A stretch of DNA of 32,000 nucleotides from Bacillus subtilis subsp. subtilis str. 168 (GCF_000009045.1 NC_000964.3:330001-362000), one strand, 5' to 3'; shown: positions 1 through 9,857, numbered from the stretch's first letter. Translations and numbers: made by a program. Notes: a model not told the origin generated them from the letters alone.

Positions 1-1
1 T

Positions 2-739
<738 letters not shown>

Positions 740-770
740 CCGCAACTTTAGAGTAAAGGGCTGATTGTCA

Positions 771-2396
771 ATGTGGGAGCAGTTGTATGATCCGTTTGGA
801 AACGAGTATGTGAGCGCACTTGTGGCGCTCACTCCGATTCTCTTTTTTCTTTTGGCTTTAACTGTTTTGAAAATGAAAGGCATTCTTGCGGCATTTCTTA
901 CCCTAGCCGTCAGTTTCTTCGTCTCCGTTTGGGCATTTCATATGCCGGTTGAAAAAGCGATTTCTTCTGTTTTGTTAGGAATCGGGAGCGGGCTGTGGCC
1001 CATTGGCTACATCGTCCTGATGGCGGTGTGGCTGTATAAAATCGCCGTGAAAACCGGGAAATTTACCATTATTCGGTCCAGCATTGCCGGCATTTCGCCT
1101 GACCAACGATTACAGCTATTATTAATTGGTTTTTGTTTTAACGCGTTTTTAGAAGGCGCGGCCGGTTTTGGTGTTCCGATTGCGATTAGTGCGGCGCTGC
1201 TCGTCGAACTTGGTTTTAAACCGTTAAAAGCGGCGGCGCTCTGCTTGATTGCAAACGCTGCCTCCGGAGCCTTTGGGGCGATTGGGATTCCTGTCATCAC
1301 AGGGGCGCAGATTGGTGATTTGTCTGCTCTTGAGCTGTCTCGGACATTAATGTGGACACTGCCGATGATCTCATTTTTAATACCATTCCTGCTTGTATTC
1401 TTATTAGACCGAATGAAAGGAATCAAACAGACATGGCCCGCTCTTCTGGTTGTGAGCGGTGGGTATACAGCGGTTCAGACACTGACAATGGCGGTGCTCG
1501 GGCCGGAATTAGCAAACATTTTGGCGGCCTTATTCAGCATGGGCGGGCTTGCCCTCTTCCTCCGCAAATGGCAGCCGAAAGAGATTTACCGCGAGGAAGG
1601 GGCCGGCGATGCTGGTGAGAAAAAGGCATACCGTGCCGCTGACATTGCGAAAGCGTGGTCTCCTTTCTACATTTTAACTGCGGCGATCACCATCTGGAGC
1701 CTTCCTGCCTTCAAAGCGCTTTTCCAAGAAGGCGGGCTGTTATATCAATCAACGCTCCTGTTCAAAATGCCTTTTCTGCATCAGCAAATTATGAAAATGC
1801 CGCCGATTGCGCCATCTGCCATGCCGTTAGATGCAGTCTTTAAAGTTGATCTGCTGTCAGCGACTGGTACAGCGATTTTAGCGGCGGTCATCGTGACAGG
1901 GCTGTTCAGCAAAAAGTTCTCCTCTCGGGATGCCTTTGCTTCCTTGAAGGAGACGGGAAAAGAGCTGTGGGTGCCGATTATGACGATCTGCTTCGTGATG
2001 GGGTTTGCCAATCTGGCCAACTTCGCAGGGCTCAGCTCTTCAATTGGGTTAGCATTGGCGAAAACAGGAGACCTGTTCCCGTTTGTCAGTCCTGTTCTCG
2101 GCTGGATTGGCGTGTTCATCACCGGTTCTGTTGTCAGCAATAATGCTTTGTTCGGCCATTTGCAGGTTGTCACGGGAGCGCAGATCGGTGCGGGTTCAGA
2201 TTTGCTGTTAGCCGCAAATACGGCGGGCGGTGTCATGGCGAAACTTGTTTCTCCTCAATCTATCGCCATCGCTGCCGCAGCGGTCGGCCAAACAGGCAAG
2301 GAATCTAAACTGTTTAAAAGGACAGTGGCGTACAGCCTGATTCTGTTATTGATCATTTGTATATGGACGTTTATTCTTGCAAGATTAGGAGTGTAA
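771..2396 (+). CDS. lctP: L-lactate permease (LctP family, polytopic membrane protein)
   Basis: Long hydrophobic ORF directly after ldh. ATG 771 lies 10 nt after AAGGG (756-760). The ORF-track TTG at 765 is only 4 nt from the SD, so ATG 771 is preferred (541 aa). A hairpin terminator follows the stop. Confidence 0.9.
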
Positions 2397-2405
2397 TAGA
2401 AAAAA

Positions 2406-2437
2406 GCAGTACATGCCCAGCATGTACTGCTTTTTTT
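2406..2437. terminator. Bidirectional rho-independent terminator between convergent lctP and mdr
   Basis: Perfect 10-bp stem GCAGTACATG (2406-2415) / CATGTACTGC (2421-2430) with loop CCCAG. It is flanked by an A5 run upstream and a T7 run downstream, so both strands read a hairpin followed by a U-tract. Confidence 0.85.
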
Positions 2438-2440
2438 ATG

Positions 2441-3979
2441 TTAATTTGCTTTCTTTGTCATTTCGGCTGTTGTTTTCACTCTGGCTTTTCCCATAAATAA
2501 AATGGTAACCGCCGCGAGGACAATTGGAATCAAAGCGAGCAAAAAGACATACGTGATACTTGATGACATCGCGTCAATAATGCGATTCAGGATCGCATCA
2601 GGAATCTGGGAACGTGTTCCCGCTTGGAATATCTCCTGCGGGTCGCCAATATTTTGCGCAGCGCCTGATCCCGCTGAGCCTTTCATACCGCTGAAGGCGT
2701 CATTCAGCTTGTTTGTGAATACGTTTGTTTGCACCGTTCCGAAAATGGTGACACCTAAGGTCATGCCAAATGATCGCAAAAATGAATTTGTAGAGTTTGC
2801 CGTTCCCCGAAAGCGAGGTTCAAGATCATTCATCGATGCCGCCGGCAGCAGGGAGAAGTTAAAGCCTACACCAAAGCCTGAAATCATCATAAAGACTGTC
2901 AGCCATACCCGTGCTGTGTCAGGCGTCATATTGGAAAGAAGCAGCATGCCGATAAAGAAAGCTATAACAGATATCAGCATCAAATTGCGGAAGCTTGCCT
3001 TCGTTTGGAAGATCCCGCCGATCATGCTTCCGATGACTGATCCAATCATCATCGGCGTCAGAATGAAGCCCGCGCTTGTCGCCGAGCTGCCGTAGACCGC
3101 CTGAACGAAAATCGGAATAAATACCGCTAAAATAATAAATGTTCCGCCATACAGGAAAGCGAGAATCTGTGCTGTGGCAAACAAGCGGTTCTTAAACATC
3201 CAGAAAGAAATAATCGGCTCTTCTGCTTTTCTCTCCACAATAAAAAAGGCAATGAAGAAAACGGCGAATACAATAAACAGCCCGATGATCTGAATGGAGT
3301 TCCAATCGTATGTTTTGCCGCCAAGCTCAAGGGCGAACATCAGGCATACAATGGATACGACTAAGGTAATCGCGCCGCCCCAGTCTATTTTCTGCTTTCT
3401 GTGCTCCAGAGATTCTTTGTAGTAGCGAATAATGAAAAACAATGACAATGCGCCGATCGGCACATTGATGTAAAACACCCAGTGCCAGCTGATCGAATCT
3501 GTAATGATCGCGCCTAAGAGCGGACCAAGAACACTGGATAATCCAAATACAGCACCGAACATGCCGGACATTTTTCCGCGTTTTTCCGGCGGAAACAAAT
3601 CAAAGATAATGGTAAAGGCAATCGGCAGGAGCGCGCCGCCTCCGATCCCTTGAATGGCCCGGAAGATGATCAGCTGATTCATCGTCTGGGCAATCCCGCA
3701 TAAAGCAGAACCGATTAAGAAAAAAATAAGTCCAAACAGGAAAAAACGTTTTCGGCCGTACATATCGGAAAGCTTGCCGTAAATCGGCATGCCAGCCATA
3801 ACCGCCACCATATAGGATGCCGTCACCCAGGCAAATTTATCGAAGCTTCCAAGATCGGCTACGATATTGCCCATCGCGGTGGCAACAATCGTATTGTCCA
3901 TTGCAGACATCAAGATGCCCAGCAGGAGACCGAGGACCACAAATTTGGTGGAAGCCTGTTTTGCTGTTGTTGTGTCCAT
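2441..3979 (-). CDS. mdr: MFS multidrug efflux transporter (DHA2-type, 14-TMS-like; Bmr3/Mdr)
   Basis: 512-aa hydrophobic ORF with MFS motif A (GKLSDMYGRKR). Strong SD GAGGAGG lies 7 nt upstream of ATG 3979 (minus strand). It sits divergent from a MarR-type gene. Confidence 0.9.
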   Translation of the reverse strand: MDTTTAKQASTKFVVLGLLLGILMSAMDNTIVATAMGNIVADLGSFDKFAWVTASYMVAVMAGMPIYGKLSDMYGRKRFFLFGLIFFLIGSALCGIAQTMNQLIIFRAIQGIGGGALLPIAFTIIFDLFPPEKRGKMSGMFGAVFGLSSVLGPLLGAIITDSISWHWVFYINVPIGALSLFFIIRYYKESLEHRKQKIDWGGAITLVVSIVCLMFALELGGKTYDWNSIQIIGLFIVFAVFFIAFFIVERKAEEPIISFWMFKNRLFATAQILAFLYGGTFIILAVFIPIFVQAVYGSSATSAGFILTPMMIGSVIGSMIGGIFQTKASFRNLMLISVIAFFIGMLLLSNMTPDTARVWLTVFMMISGFGVGFNFSLLPAASMNDLEPRFRGTANSTNSFLRSFGMTLGVTIFGTVQTNVFTNKLNDAFSGMKGSAGSGAAQNIGDPQEIFQAGTRSQIPDAILNRIIDAMSSSITYVFLLALIPIVLAAVTILFMGKARVKTTAEMTKKAN

Positions 3980-4045
3980 TTGTTCTACCTCCTCTTACTT
4001 TTCTATGTAAGTTCTGATATCATGATAATAGTTTGATTGTTGAAT

Positions 4046-4062
4046 ATCTCGATTATCAAGAT
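4046..4062. promoter_or_regulatory. 17-bp imperfect palindrome ATCTCGAT-T-ATCAAGAT; candidate MarR-type (YcgE) operator in the mdr/ycgE divergent region
   Basis: Read directly from the sequence. The reverse complement differs only at one symmetric position pair (C/A at positions 5 and 13). It lies in the 112-bp region between the mdr start (3979) and the ycgE start (4092). The function is inferred, not shown. Confidence 0.3.
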
Positions 4063-4091
4063 AAACTCGATTTTATAGGGAGGACTGTCAG

Positions 4092-4556
4092 TTGTCAACA
4101 AGAAATTCCAGAAGTGAGTTGGAAAAGACTGCTGTTCAGCTTTTTCGAAAACTGGGCACAAGAACGGTTCTGTTTCATCAGGCAGCCGCTCAAGCTCTCG
4201 GTCTGTTTCCCACCGATTTGAAATCAGCTGACATTTTAAATGAAGCAGGGCCGATGACGGCCGGAGAGCTGGGGAAAAAAACCGGCCTCAGCACGGGTTC
4301 CGTCACGGCGCTTGTTGACCGGCTGGAAAAAGCGGGGTATGTGGCTCGTGAAAAGGACCCGAACGATCGCAGGAGAGTCGTAATCGTCCCTTTGACTGCT
4401 TCGAAAAAACATATAAAGGATTTGTTCCGTCCTCTGTCTGAGTCAACGATGGATTTGTGCCGCGAATATACGGAAGAGGAGCTGGAACTCATTTTCAGTT
4501 TTGTAGGCAAAGCTGCCGATATTATGGAGGAAGAGCTTGAACGTCTGAAACAGTAA
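4092..4556 (+). CDS. ycgE: MarR-family transcriptional regulator
   Basis: 154-aa ORF with a winged-helix region typical of MarR (MTAGELGKKTGLSTGSVTALVDRLEKAGYVAREKDPNDRRRV). TTG start at 4092 lies 8 nt after GGGAGG (4078-4083). Confidence 0.85.
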   Translation: MSTRNSRSELEKTAVQLFRKLGTRTVLFHQAAAQALGLFPTDLKSADILNEAGPMTAGELGKKTGLSTGSVTALVDRLEKAGYVAREKDPNDRRRVVIVPLTASKKHIKDLFRPLSESTMDLCREYTEEELELIFSFVGKAADIMEEELERLKQ

Positions 4557-4629
4557 GTGAATTTGTGCATAGCTTGGCCCGTTCCCGAATAAATTGTACA
4601 AGTTACATAAGAGAAGGGAGTACGGGCCG

Positions 4630-5259
4630 GTGAACATTTTTTTGAGCTATATTGTGCTGGGACTGTCCTTGTCTGCGCCTGTGGGGCCAGTGAATGCGGC
4701 GCAAATAGACAAAGGAATTAAAAACGGTTTTTGGCATGCATGGATTTTCGGTTTAGGCGCCATGACAGCGGATGGGCTGTACATGCTTTTTATCTATTTC
4801 GGGCTGTCGCAGTTCTTGACCGCTCCATTTGTGAAAACGTTTTTGTGGCTGTTCGGCTTTTTTGTCCTGACCTATACCGGAATTGAAACGCTGAAAAACG
4901 TCAGAGAACCGATGGATGTGCGAAGCTCGCGGGGGAAACCGTCATACAGGAAAACATTCGCATCGGGTTTTCTCATTTCATTGTCAAACCCATTGAGCAT
5001 CCTTTTTTGGCTTGGAATTTACGGAAGCATTCTTGCGAAAACAGCAGAGGCCTACAATATGAATCAGCTTCTAATCTATAGCTCCGGCATCATGATCGGC
5101 ATTTTAATCTGGGATTTCTGCATGGCTATCACAGCCAGTACGTTCAGAAACCTGCTTCATGAAAAGCTATTGAGAGGATTGACCGGAATCGCCGGTGTAT
5201 CCCTCCTTGTGTTTGGCTTTTACTTTGGTTATCAGGGCATCAAACAGTTATTGGGCTGA
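4630..5259 (+). CDS. ycgF: LysE/RhtB-type amino-acid exporter family membrane protein
   Basis: Small hydrophobic protein of about 6 TMS, with the N-terminus (V)NIFLSYIVLGLSLSAPVGPVNA typical of LysE-family exporters. GTG 4630 lies 9 nt after AAGGGAG (4614-4620). The ORF-track start at 4594 is a TTG with no SD, so it is rejected (209 aa). Confidence 0.8.
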   Translation: MNIFLSYIVLGLSLSAPVGPVNAAQIDKGIKNGFWHAWIFGLGAMTADGLYMLFIYFGLSQFLTAPFVKTFLWLFGFFVLTYTGIETLKNVREPMDVRSSRGKPSYRKTFASGFLISLSNPLSILFWLGIYGSILAKTAEAYNMNQLLIYSSGIMIGILIWDFCMAITASTFRNLLHEKLLRGLTGIAGVSLLVFGFYFGYQGIKQLLG

Positions 5260-5328
5260 TTCATGAAGGACAGTCACCTGCCGCTTCCAGTTTTAATATA
5301 GTATCCAGATGATACTGGAGGTGGATCA

Positions 5329-6090
5329 ATGGTGAATGGGATTTACACCAAAAGTTTTCTGGAACGTATTCAGGAAGAGCTTCCTGAATGGCAAAGAATC
5401 GCTTTTGAGCTGCTGGCAGAAACTCTGGGGGACGACGCGGATACATTTCCGTGCATTCCCGGACGCCAGGCGTTTCTGACTGATCAGCTTCGGATTGCTT
5501 TTGCCGGAGATCCGCGGGAAAACCGCACAGCGGAGGAACTGGCTCCGTTGCTTGCGGAGTACGGCAAGATATCGCGGGACACGGGAAAATACGCATCCCT
5601 CGTTGTGTTGTTTGATACACCGGAAGATTTGGCGGAGCATTATTCGATTGAAGCGTATGAAGAGCTGTTTTGGCGCTTTTTAAATAGACTGAGTCATCAA
5701 GACGAAAAAGAATGGCCGGAAGACATTCCGGCCGATCCTGAGCATTATAAATGGGAGTTTTGTTTTGACGGCGAGCCGTATTTCATTCTGTGCGCTACAC
5801 CGGGGCACGAGGCAAGAAGAAGCCGGAGCTTTCCTTTTTTTATGGTCACGTTTCAGCCAAGGTGGGTGTTTGATGACCTAAATGGATCAACTGCATTTGG
5901 CCGTAACATGAGCAGGCTGATCCGATCTCGTTTAGAGGCCTATGATCAGGCTCCGATTCACCCGCAATTAGGCTGGTACGGAGGAAAAGATAATCGTGAA
6001 TGGAAGCAGTATTTCCTCCGTGATGACGAAAAACAGGTATCGAAGTGCCCGTTTTCTTATTTAAAGAACATGTTCAACAAAATGAAATAA
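5329..6090 (+). CDS. ycgG: YqcI/YcgG-family protein, function unknown
   Basis: 253-aa soluble ORF. ATG 5329 lies 5 nt after GGAGGTG (5317-5323). Position and sequence match my recollection of B. subtilis YcgG. No catalytic motif that I can assign by eye. Confidence 0.8.
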   Translation: MVNGIYTKSFLERIQEELPEWQRIAFELLAETLGDDADTFPCIPGRQAFLTDQLRIAFAGDPRENRTAEELAPLLAEYGKISRDTGKYASLVVLFDTPEDLAEHYSIEAYEELFWRFLNRLSHQDEKEWPEDIPADPEHYKWEFCFDGEPYFILCATPGHEARRSRSFPFFMVTFQPRWVFDDLNGSTAFGRNMSRLIRSRLEAYDQAPIHPQLGWYGGKDNREWKQYFLRDDEKQVSKCPFSYLKNMFNKMK

Positions 6091-6091
6091 A

Positions 6092-7432
6092 TCAAGGACT
6101 GGCAGGGCGATCTTTATGACCCTGCTTTTTTTGATAGATCATGGTAACGATGGCGATAATCACGAGAAAACCTATGCTGACGAAAAAACCGGGCCGGCTT
6201 GATTTTTCAAACAATGTACCGGACACAGCTGCAGCAATCAGAACCATCGCTAAATAAATTTGCGTTTTTCCCATGCCCTCGGGATCAGTCAGCTTTTTGC
6301 TGGAGAACAGGATAAACAGCCAAGTGTATAAAAGCATAAGCCCCGCAGCTGTTGTCATATGCTCATAAATGTTTTTAGGCAGCACTAACGACAAAATAAT
6401 GGAGAGGACAAGCCCCGCAAACGTCAGCCCAAGTGCCGGCCAGCATATTTTTTTGCCTTCCTTTAGAGTAAAGCATTTCGGCGCGTCGCCGTCATCAGCC
6501 ATTGTACAAAGCAATGTCGTAACCGCAAATAGCGAAGCGACAAGGGTCGAGAACCCTGCGATGATGAAAATCCCGTTAAATATATCAAGGATGATCTCAA
6601 GGTTATATCCTTTTAATGACGTAATGAACGGACTGTCCTGTTCAGTAAACGTGTGTAACGGAACCAAAAGCAGAGCAAGCCCGATTGAAATGATATAAAT
6701 AATCGCCAGCGTCGCCAGCATCAGTTTCCCTGATTTAGACGCTTCCTCAGGTTTTTTTAAGTGAACCGCCATCAGCCCCATGACCTCAATTCCGCCAAAA
6801 GCGTAAAACGCGTAGATTAAACCTGTCCACAGCCCCATGGCGCCGTATGGGAAAAACTCACTCGTCTTATTTGGAACATGTATGCCATGATTTCCGCCGG
6901 ACAGGATACCGCATAAAGCCAGGATGGCAATGACAATAAACATAAAAATAGCAGCTGTTTTAATGACTGCCAGCACGTTTTCTGTTTTTTCAAAGACGGA
7001 CAGGCCGGTGAAAATAATAAGGAGCCCAAGTACTGCGTAGATTGAGGCAAACACCCATAGCGGCACTTGAGGAAACCAATGCTTCGTAAAGAGCGAAATG
7101 GCTGTCAGCTGGCTTCCGGTAATCAGCATTTCTGATGTCCAGTACACCCAGCCGTTGCTGAAGCCTGCCCATTTGCCGAATGCTTTTCGGGCATACGCAC
7201 AAAACGAGCCCTTTTCCGGCTGCTTCGCCGATAGCTTGGCGAGCTGTTCAAAGACAAAATACGTACCGATCCCTGCGATCAGAAATGAAAGGAGAACGGA
7301 AAAACCGCTTTTTACAATTGCGATGCTGGAACCGAGAAAGAAGCCTGTTCCAATCGTGCAGCCGACTCCGATCAGTGACAGCTGCCACCAAGCCAGATTC
7401 CCTTTTGGCTGGTCTTTTTTTGTTTGGCTCAT
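6092..7432 (-). CDS. ycgH: Amino-acid permease (APC superfamily)
   Basis: 446-aa, about 12-TMS ORF. The N-terminal WWQLSLIGVGCTIGTGFFLGS segment is typical of APC amino-acid transporters. ATG at 7432. Its stop is 1 nt from the ycgG stop. Confidence 0.85.
   Translation of the reverse strand: MSQTKKDQPKGNLAWWQLSLIGVGCTIGTGFFLGSSIAIVKSGFSVLLSFLIAGIGTYFVFEQLAKLSAKQPEKGSFCAYARKAFGKWAGFSNGWVYWTSEMLITGSQLTAISLFTKHWFPQVPLWVFASIYAVLGLLIIFTGLSVFEKTENVLAVIKTAAIFMFIVIAILALCGILSGGNHGIHVPNKTSEFFPYGAMGLWTGLIYAFYAFGGIEVMGLMAVHLKKPEEASKSGKLMLATLAIIYIISIGLALLLVPLHTFTEQDSPFITSLKGYNLEIILDIFNGIFIIAGFSTLVASLFAVTTLLCTMADDGDAPKCFTLKEGKKICWPALGLTFAGLVLSIILSLVLPKNIYEHMTTAAGLMLLYTWLFILFSSKKLTDPEGMGKTQIYLAMVLIAAAVSGTLFEKSSRPGFFVSIGFLVIIAIVTMIYQKKQGHKDRPASP
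6102..6132 (+). terminator. Rho-independent terminator for ycgG, embedded in the 3' coding end of convergent ycgH
   Basis: GCAGGG (6102-6107) / CCCTGC (6120-6125), 12-nt loop, followed by T7 (6126-6132). It lies 12 nt after the ycgG stop and inside the last codons of ycgH on the opposite strand. Confidence 0.5.
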
Positions 7433-7561
7433 TATTTATTCAACCCCTTTTATCTAAGGTTAGATTGTGATCTGTCCAAAGCTTATATACATCGGATTTT
7501 TGCCTCTTTTTACATGGAGAAGGAAGCAGACGCTCATACTAATGAAAAAAGGAGCAAACCA

Positions 7562-8158
7562 ATGACACAGCAATATATTGTGGAGCCGAAAAAAGGGCTT
7601 GGGCTGAAGCTGAAAAAGGGGCAGATTTTAAAGGTGGTTGATGTAGAAGGGCAGCAGGTGGCTGATTTTGTCGCATACCATGCCAAGGATTTTTATGAAC
7701 ACCTTGATCAGGGAGCGACGATAGACGCCAATCACTCCATTCATGTGAAGGTCAACGACCATCTCTACTCCAACCTGTATAAGCCGATGTTAACCCTGAT
7801 TGAAGATACGGTCGGCAAGCATGATCTGCTGTTGCCCGCCTGCCGTCCTGATATGAACAGGCTCTTATATGGGAAGCAAAAGGATGAGTTTCAGGATACG
7901 TGCTATGACAATATGAACCGTGCGCTTGAGCAGTTTGGCGTACCGAAGCCCCACATGCATTACCCATTTGCGATTTTTATGAATACTGTCCTTGATGAGA
8001 AAGGGAATCTGTCTGTGGAAACGCCGCTTTCGAATGCCGGAGATTATGTAAGGCTCAGGGCGGAGATGGATTTAATTGTCGCGTTTTCTTCCTGCCCGAT
8101 TGAAAAAGGGAAATGCAATGGCGACAGTGTGACATCCATACGGGTTGAAGTCAGCTGA
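7562..8158 (+). CDS. ycgI: Uncharacterised protein (DUF1989 / urea-carboxylase-associated-like family, from memory)
   Basis: ATG 7562 lies 7 nt after GGAG (7551-7554) and gives 198 aa (MTQQYIVEPKKG...). The ORF-track start at 7424 overlaps the ycgH start and has no SD. Confidence 0.8.
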   Translation: MTQQYIVEPKKGLGLKLKKGQILKVVDVEGQQVADFVAYHAKDFYEHLDQGATIDANHSIHVKVNDHLYSNLYKPMLTLIEDTVGKHDLLLPACRPDMNRLLYGKQKDEFQDTCYDNMNRALEQFGVPKPHMHYPFAIFMNTVLDEKGNLSVETPLSNAGDYVRLRAEMDLIVAFSSCPIEKGKCNGDSVTSIRVEVS

Positions 8159-8220
8159 TCTCTCTTGTTCACAGTGAATGAAGACCTGTGCTATATTTAA
8201 TAGGGATACATAACAGTCAT

Positions 8221-8246
8221 GATTCATTTTCATTGATTTAGGGAAA
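8221..8246 (+). promoter_or_regulatory. Candidate SigB-type promoter for nadE (GATTCA-N14-GGGAAA)
   Basis: nadE (outB) is an established SigB-dependent general stress gene. This is the best by-eye approximation to GTTTAA-N12-15-GGGTAT upstream of nadE (4/6 and 4/6 matches). It is a weak match. Confidence 0.25.
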
Positions 8247-8287
8247 TGATCAGTAATAAGGGAAAATGTACAGGAGGAATGATTGGG

Positions 8288-9106
8288 ATGAGCATGCAGG
8301 AAAAGATTATGCGTGAGTTACATGTGAAGCCCTCAATTGATCCAAAGCAAGAAATTGAGGACCGAGTCAATTTTTTAAAACAATATGTAAAGAAAACCGG
8401 TGCTAAAGGCTTTGTATTGGGAATCAGCGGGGGCCAGGATTCAACACTTGCGGGAAGACTCGCTCAGCTTGCGGTGGAGAGCATTCGCGAGGAGGGCGGA
8501 GACGCTCAATTTATCGCGGTCCGTCTTCCGCATGGCACACAGCAGGATGAAGACGATGCCCAGCTTGCTTTGAAGTTTATTAAGCCGGATAAATCATGGA
8601 AGTTTGATATTAAATCGACAGTCAGCGCTTTTTCTGATCAGTATCAGCAGGAAACAGGCGATCAGCTGACGGACTTTAATAAAGGAAACGTAAAAGCAAG
8701 AACAAGAATGATCGCGCAATACGCGATCGGCGGCCAGGAAGGTCTTCTTGTGTTAGGAACAGACCATGCTGCTGAAGCAGTGACTGGTTTCTTTACGAAG
8801 TACGGTGACGGCGGAGCAGACCTCCTGCCGCTGACAGGCTTGACGAAGCGCCAGGGAAGAACCTTGCTGAAAGAGCTGGGTGCACCGGAACGCTTATACT
8901 TAAAAGAACCGACTGCCGATCTGCTCGACGAAAAACCGCAGCAGTCGGATGAAACAGAGCTTGGCATTTCCTACGACGAGATTGACGATTATCTCGAAGG
9001 AAAAGAAGTATCAGCGAAAGTATCAGAAGCGCTGGAAAAACGCTACAGCATGACTGAACATAAACGCCAGGTTCCGGCGTCTATGTTTGATGACTGGTGG
9101 AAATAA
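8288..9106 (+). CDS. nadE: NH3-dependent NAD+ synthetase
   Basis: PP-loop ATP-pyrophosphatase motif SGGQDS. The sequence [27 protein letters not shown]... matches my memory of B. subtilis NadE (272 aa). ATG 8288 lies 10 nt after GGAGG (8273-8277). The upstream in-frame ATGs at 8246 and 8279 lack proper SD spacing. Confidence 0.95.
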
Positions 9107-9113
9107 GTTGAAG

Positions 9114-9140
9114 AAAGCCCGCTCTCGGAGCGGGCTTTTG
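9114..9140 (+). terminator. Rho-independent terminator after nadE (may also serve convergent tmrB)
   Basis: 11-bp stem AAAGCCCGCTC (9114-9124) / GAGCGGGCTTT (9128-9138), 3-nt loop, then TTTTG. The reverse orientation has a poorer U-tract (TTTCTTC). Confidence 0.8.
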
Positions 9141-9155
9141 TCGTGTACAGAAGCT

Positions 9156-9749
9156 TTATTTGATGCGGATATGATTCAGCTTTACCATTAATCTGTCGGC
9201 GAACCTTCGGAGGCTGCCTCTTGTATCAGGATCTAATGGGAGTTCGGCTCTCGCGGCAATGTTCTCTGCCACATCCTGAATCGACAGGTTGTCTGTTTGA
9301 ATGTGGTCCTCAAAAATGGGTGATGATAATCCTTCAACACAGCGGTCAATTTGTTTGGCGGCCCATGAGTTTTTTCCTTCTGCTCTGGTGCGCAGCCTTT
9401 TTAACAAGGTTTCCTTTGAAGCCATTAGTGTAAAGTGGTGAACGATCCTGCCTTCCTGTCTGAGCCTGCCGATGATCTCATTGAAGTATTCAGGGTGTAC
9501 AATCGTCATAGGCACAATAAGGATGCCGCGGTATGTATCTGTCAGAGAAGCTAGCAAACTGTAATTGAACGCCCGCCATAAAGGATAGCTTTGAAAATCG
9601 TCCTTTGCGATCTCCTGCGGCACCATGGAGCGCAGCGCAAAACCCATTTTCTCGGGATCATACACGTAAGATGGGTTCAGCCTTCTGTGCAGTTCGAAGG
9701 CTGTTTGTGTTTTTCCCGAACCGAATGCCCCGTTTATCCAAATGATCAT
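9156..9749 (-). CDS. tmrB: Tunicamycin resistance protein, P-loop ATP-binding
   Basis: Walker A motif GAFGSGKT near the N-terminus. The ATG at 9749 ([15 protein letters not shown]...) lies 8 nt after GGAAGGGAG. The ORF-track start at 9776 and the ATG at 9755 are too close to or upstream of the SD. This gives 197 aa, as I recall for TmrB. Confidence 0.9.
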
Positions 9750-9857
9750 CGCCATTTCTCCCTTCCTATTTATCATACAGAAAAAGACCCTTCCATCGAA
9801 GAGTCAGCTGGAAAAACAATAAAGGCGGAAGGTTTTAACGCTTTTTTGCGTCGAAGT

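Noticed and set aside
2502-3095. 197-aa ORF antisense to mdr. Similar long antisense ORFs occur at 131-523, 1007-1426, 1781-2236, 15824-16222, 17549-18034, 23464-23928, 24323-24787, 26061-26498, 27397-27879 and 31292-31705.
   Set aside because: All lie entirely inside well-supported genes on the opposite strand. They have no SD or recognisable motifs and their composition is low-complexity or Arg/Ser/Pro-rich, typical of shadow frames.
4557-4629. GGCCCG (about 4577) / CGGGCC (about 4623) complementarity in the ycgE-ycgF spacer as a translational control hairpin.
   Set aside because: It is only 6 bp with a loop of about 40 nt, which is too weak to call without folding or covariation support.
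7424-7561. Upstream extensions of ycgI (7424), nadE (8246), ycgL (13500), tmrB (9776), nasE (25738), ycgF (4594) and putB (14536) in the ORF track.
   Set aside because: In each case an internal start has a properly spaced SD, while the extended start has none or overlaps a neighbouring gene or terminator. The resulting lengths match my recollection of the B. subtilis proteins.
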